Part shown: positions 18,946 to 20,000 of the stretch, one piece after another
How the letters are laid out: each line of letters starts with the position of its first letter
Numbering within the stretch: the first letter of the stretch is position 1
DNA from: Perkinsus olseni
Taxonomy: Eukaryota
Length of the DNA: 20,000 bases
Direction of reading: 5' to 3'
Assembly (NCBI GenBank): GCA_013115125.1
Contig: JABANN010000083.1
Span: 57,730-77,729 of the forward strand
Translations under genes and position numbers: made by a program
Notes under the pieces: generated by a model
Database searches by the model: none
What the model was told of the DNA's origin: nothing
The model's input: only the letters and a program-made list of their open reading frames with translations

Positions 18946-20000
18946 TCACTGGAAGAGCTGACGAGGGGCAGACCATGTCCAGATCTCCTCCGGCTTTGTA
19001 GTCGGCAGCTCTCCCAAGGCAGAGGCCGACAACCGCAGACATTCTTTTCGAAGTAGCCATGTGGTAATTTATACGAACTTACTATGTTGACACCAAAGTG
19101 CCCACGAGCAGTCCGCGCAGTAGGAGCCAGCGAATGTGAATTCTGAGTCCGGGTGCCGCTGGACACAAGCATCCCAGCCTCGGTTCTCATAGTAGACAGG
19201 AGCCTTCCAGCCTGGAAGTTCCAGGCCAGGCCGCAAACAAACGCTAGACGTGTTGAGGAGCGGCGCGGCTGTTGTTGTGGGAGCAGGAAACTTTGCTTAT
19301 TGGGAATTCCGGAAATCCGTACACTCCTCCGCACCAGTCGGCGTGGGAGCATTTCACCAGACTGAGAATCAACACTATATCTCTTGCGAAAACCATGTAT
19401 ATCGCTGACACTGACGATAGTACAATGGCCGATGCGCTGAGTAGCTTGTCACTAGTACTAGAGTAGTTGAGATGATCACTACTACAAAGGATGACAATGC
19501 TAGCAGAGCTGTTTGCGGGACGGAGGCAACCTCGACCCAGAACAAAGGCACATGGAAAGGAGTTGTGCGTTAGTCGAACACGGAGGAACTCATATGAACT
19601 TGAAGATCGTTAGCAGTTAGCTCGCATGCTTCAAGTATATTTAAGAAGTCACTTCGGTAGAAGACGCCCGGCTTCCGAGACGCTGCTAGCCTCCTCAAGG
19701 ATGACTCCGTCGCATATTGAGCGTATCGCCTCGCTATATACCGAGGTTGAGGATCCTTCAGGATGCGTGTAGCGAAAATACGTCATCTTACCAAACACTG
19801 TCCCCTCGCCCGTCCGAGAACGATGTCCCCTCTGCCGCTGTGGACGGGCCCTTCTCTCCATCCTGCGGCAATGCTAACCCCTGGTAAGTTGGTCCTTTTC
19901 CTGCCGAACGCGTCGAGTATTCTTGCGATTGTATGATACCCTACACGAAACTTGTGTAGTGTAGAGTGGTGCAAACATTGGTCCGTGACGCGCTCGCCCA
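18946..20000 (-). CDS. Probable 3' part of a multi-exon hypothetical gene entering from beyond the window
   Basis: Introns 19249-19212 and 19082-19044 join ..QQQPRRSST to RWKAPVYYENRGWDACVQRHPDSEFTFAGSYCADCSWALWCQH and then KCLRL..WTWSAPRQLFQ*. Further GT/AG-bounded segments lie at 19650-19945 but were not assembled. Confidence 0.35.

Noticed and set aside
19054..19065. Spliced-leader relic-like GTAGCCATGTGG (similar partial matches at 4613-4622 and 13753-13762)
   Set aside because: Only 10-12 nt partial matches, not positioned upstream of a same-strand start. Consistent with chance.

Overview
Gene-dense eukaryotic (protist) DNA with many very short GT-AG introns (mostly ~40-55 nt), so the raw ORF track fragments or misses most real genes. 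Intron size, gene density, a creatine-kinase-type phosphagen kinase and a short secreted orphan suggest an alveolate, probably Perkinsus-like (inference, not verified). Manual splicing gives, left to right: an intronless secreted orphan (327-758 +); a low-complexity protein (2432-4448 -); a type I membrane protein with a Tudor/Agenet-like ectodomain (4638-5701 -); a 133-nt divergent intergenic region with a 12-bp inverted repeat; a protein with three copies of a W-x-[DE]RH-x3-F[SA]K[DG]N-x7-R-x-[YF]FDR-x-R motif (5835-~7420 +); an EF-hand protein (7795-10899 +); a divergent PI4KIII-beta-like kinase (11008-13093 +); a PZP + TFIIS-central-domain chromatin protein (13191-16580 +); a creatine kinase (16889-18374 -); and the probable 3' end of another minus-strand gene (18946 to past the window end). 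No rRNA, complete tRNA, CRISPR array or recognisable transposon was seen. All gene models were derived by hand and no database searches were run.
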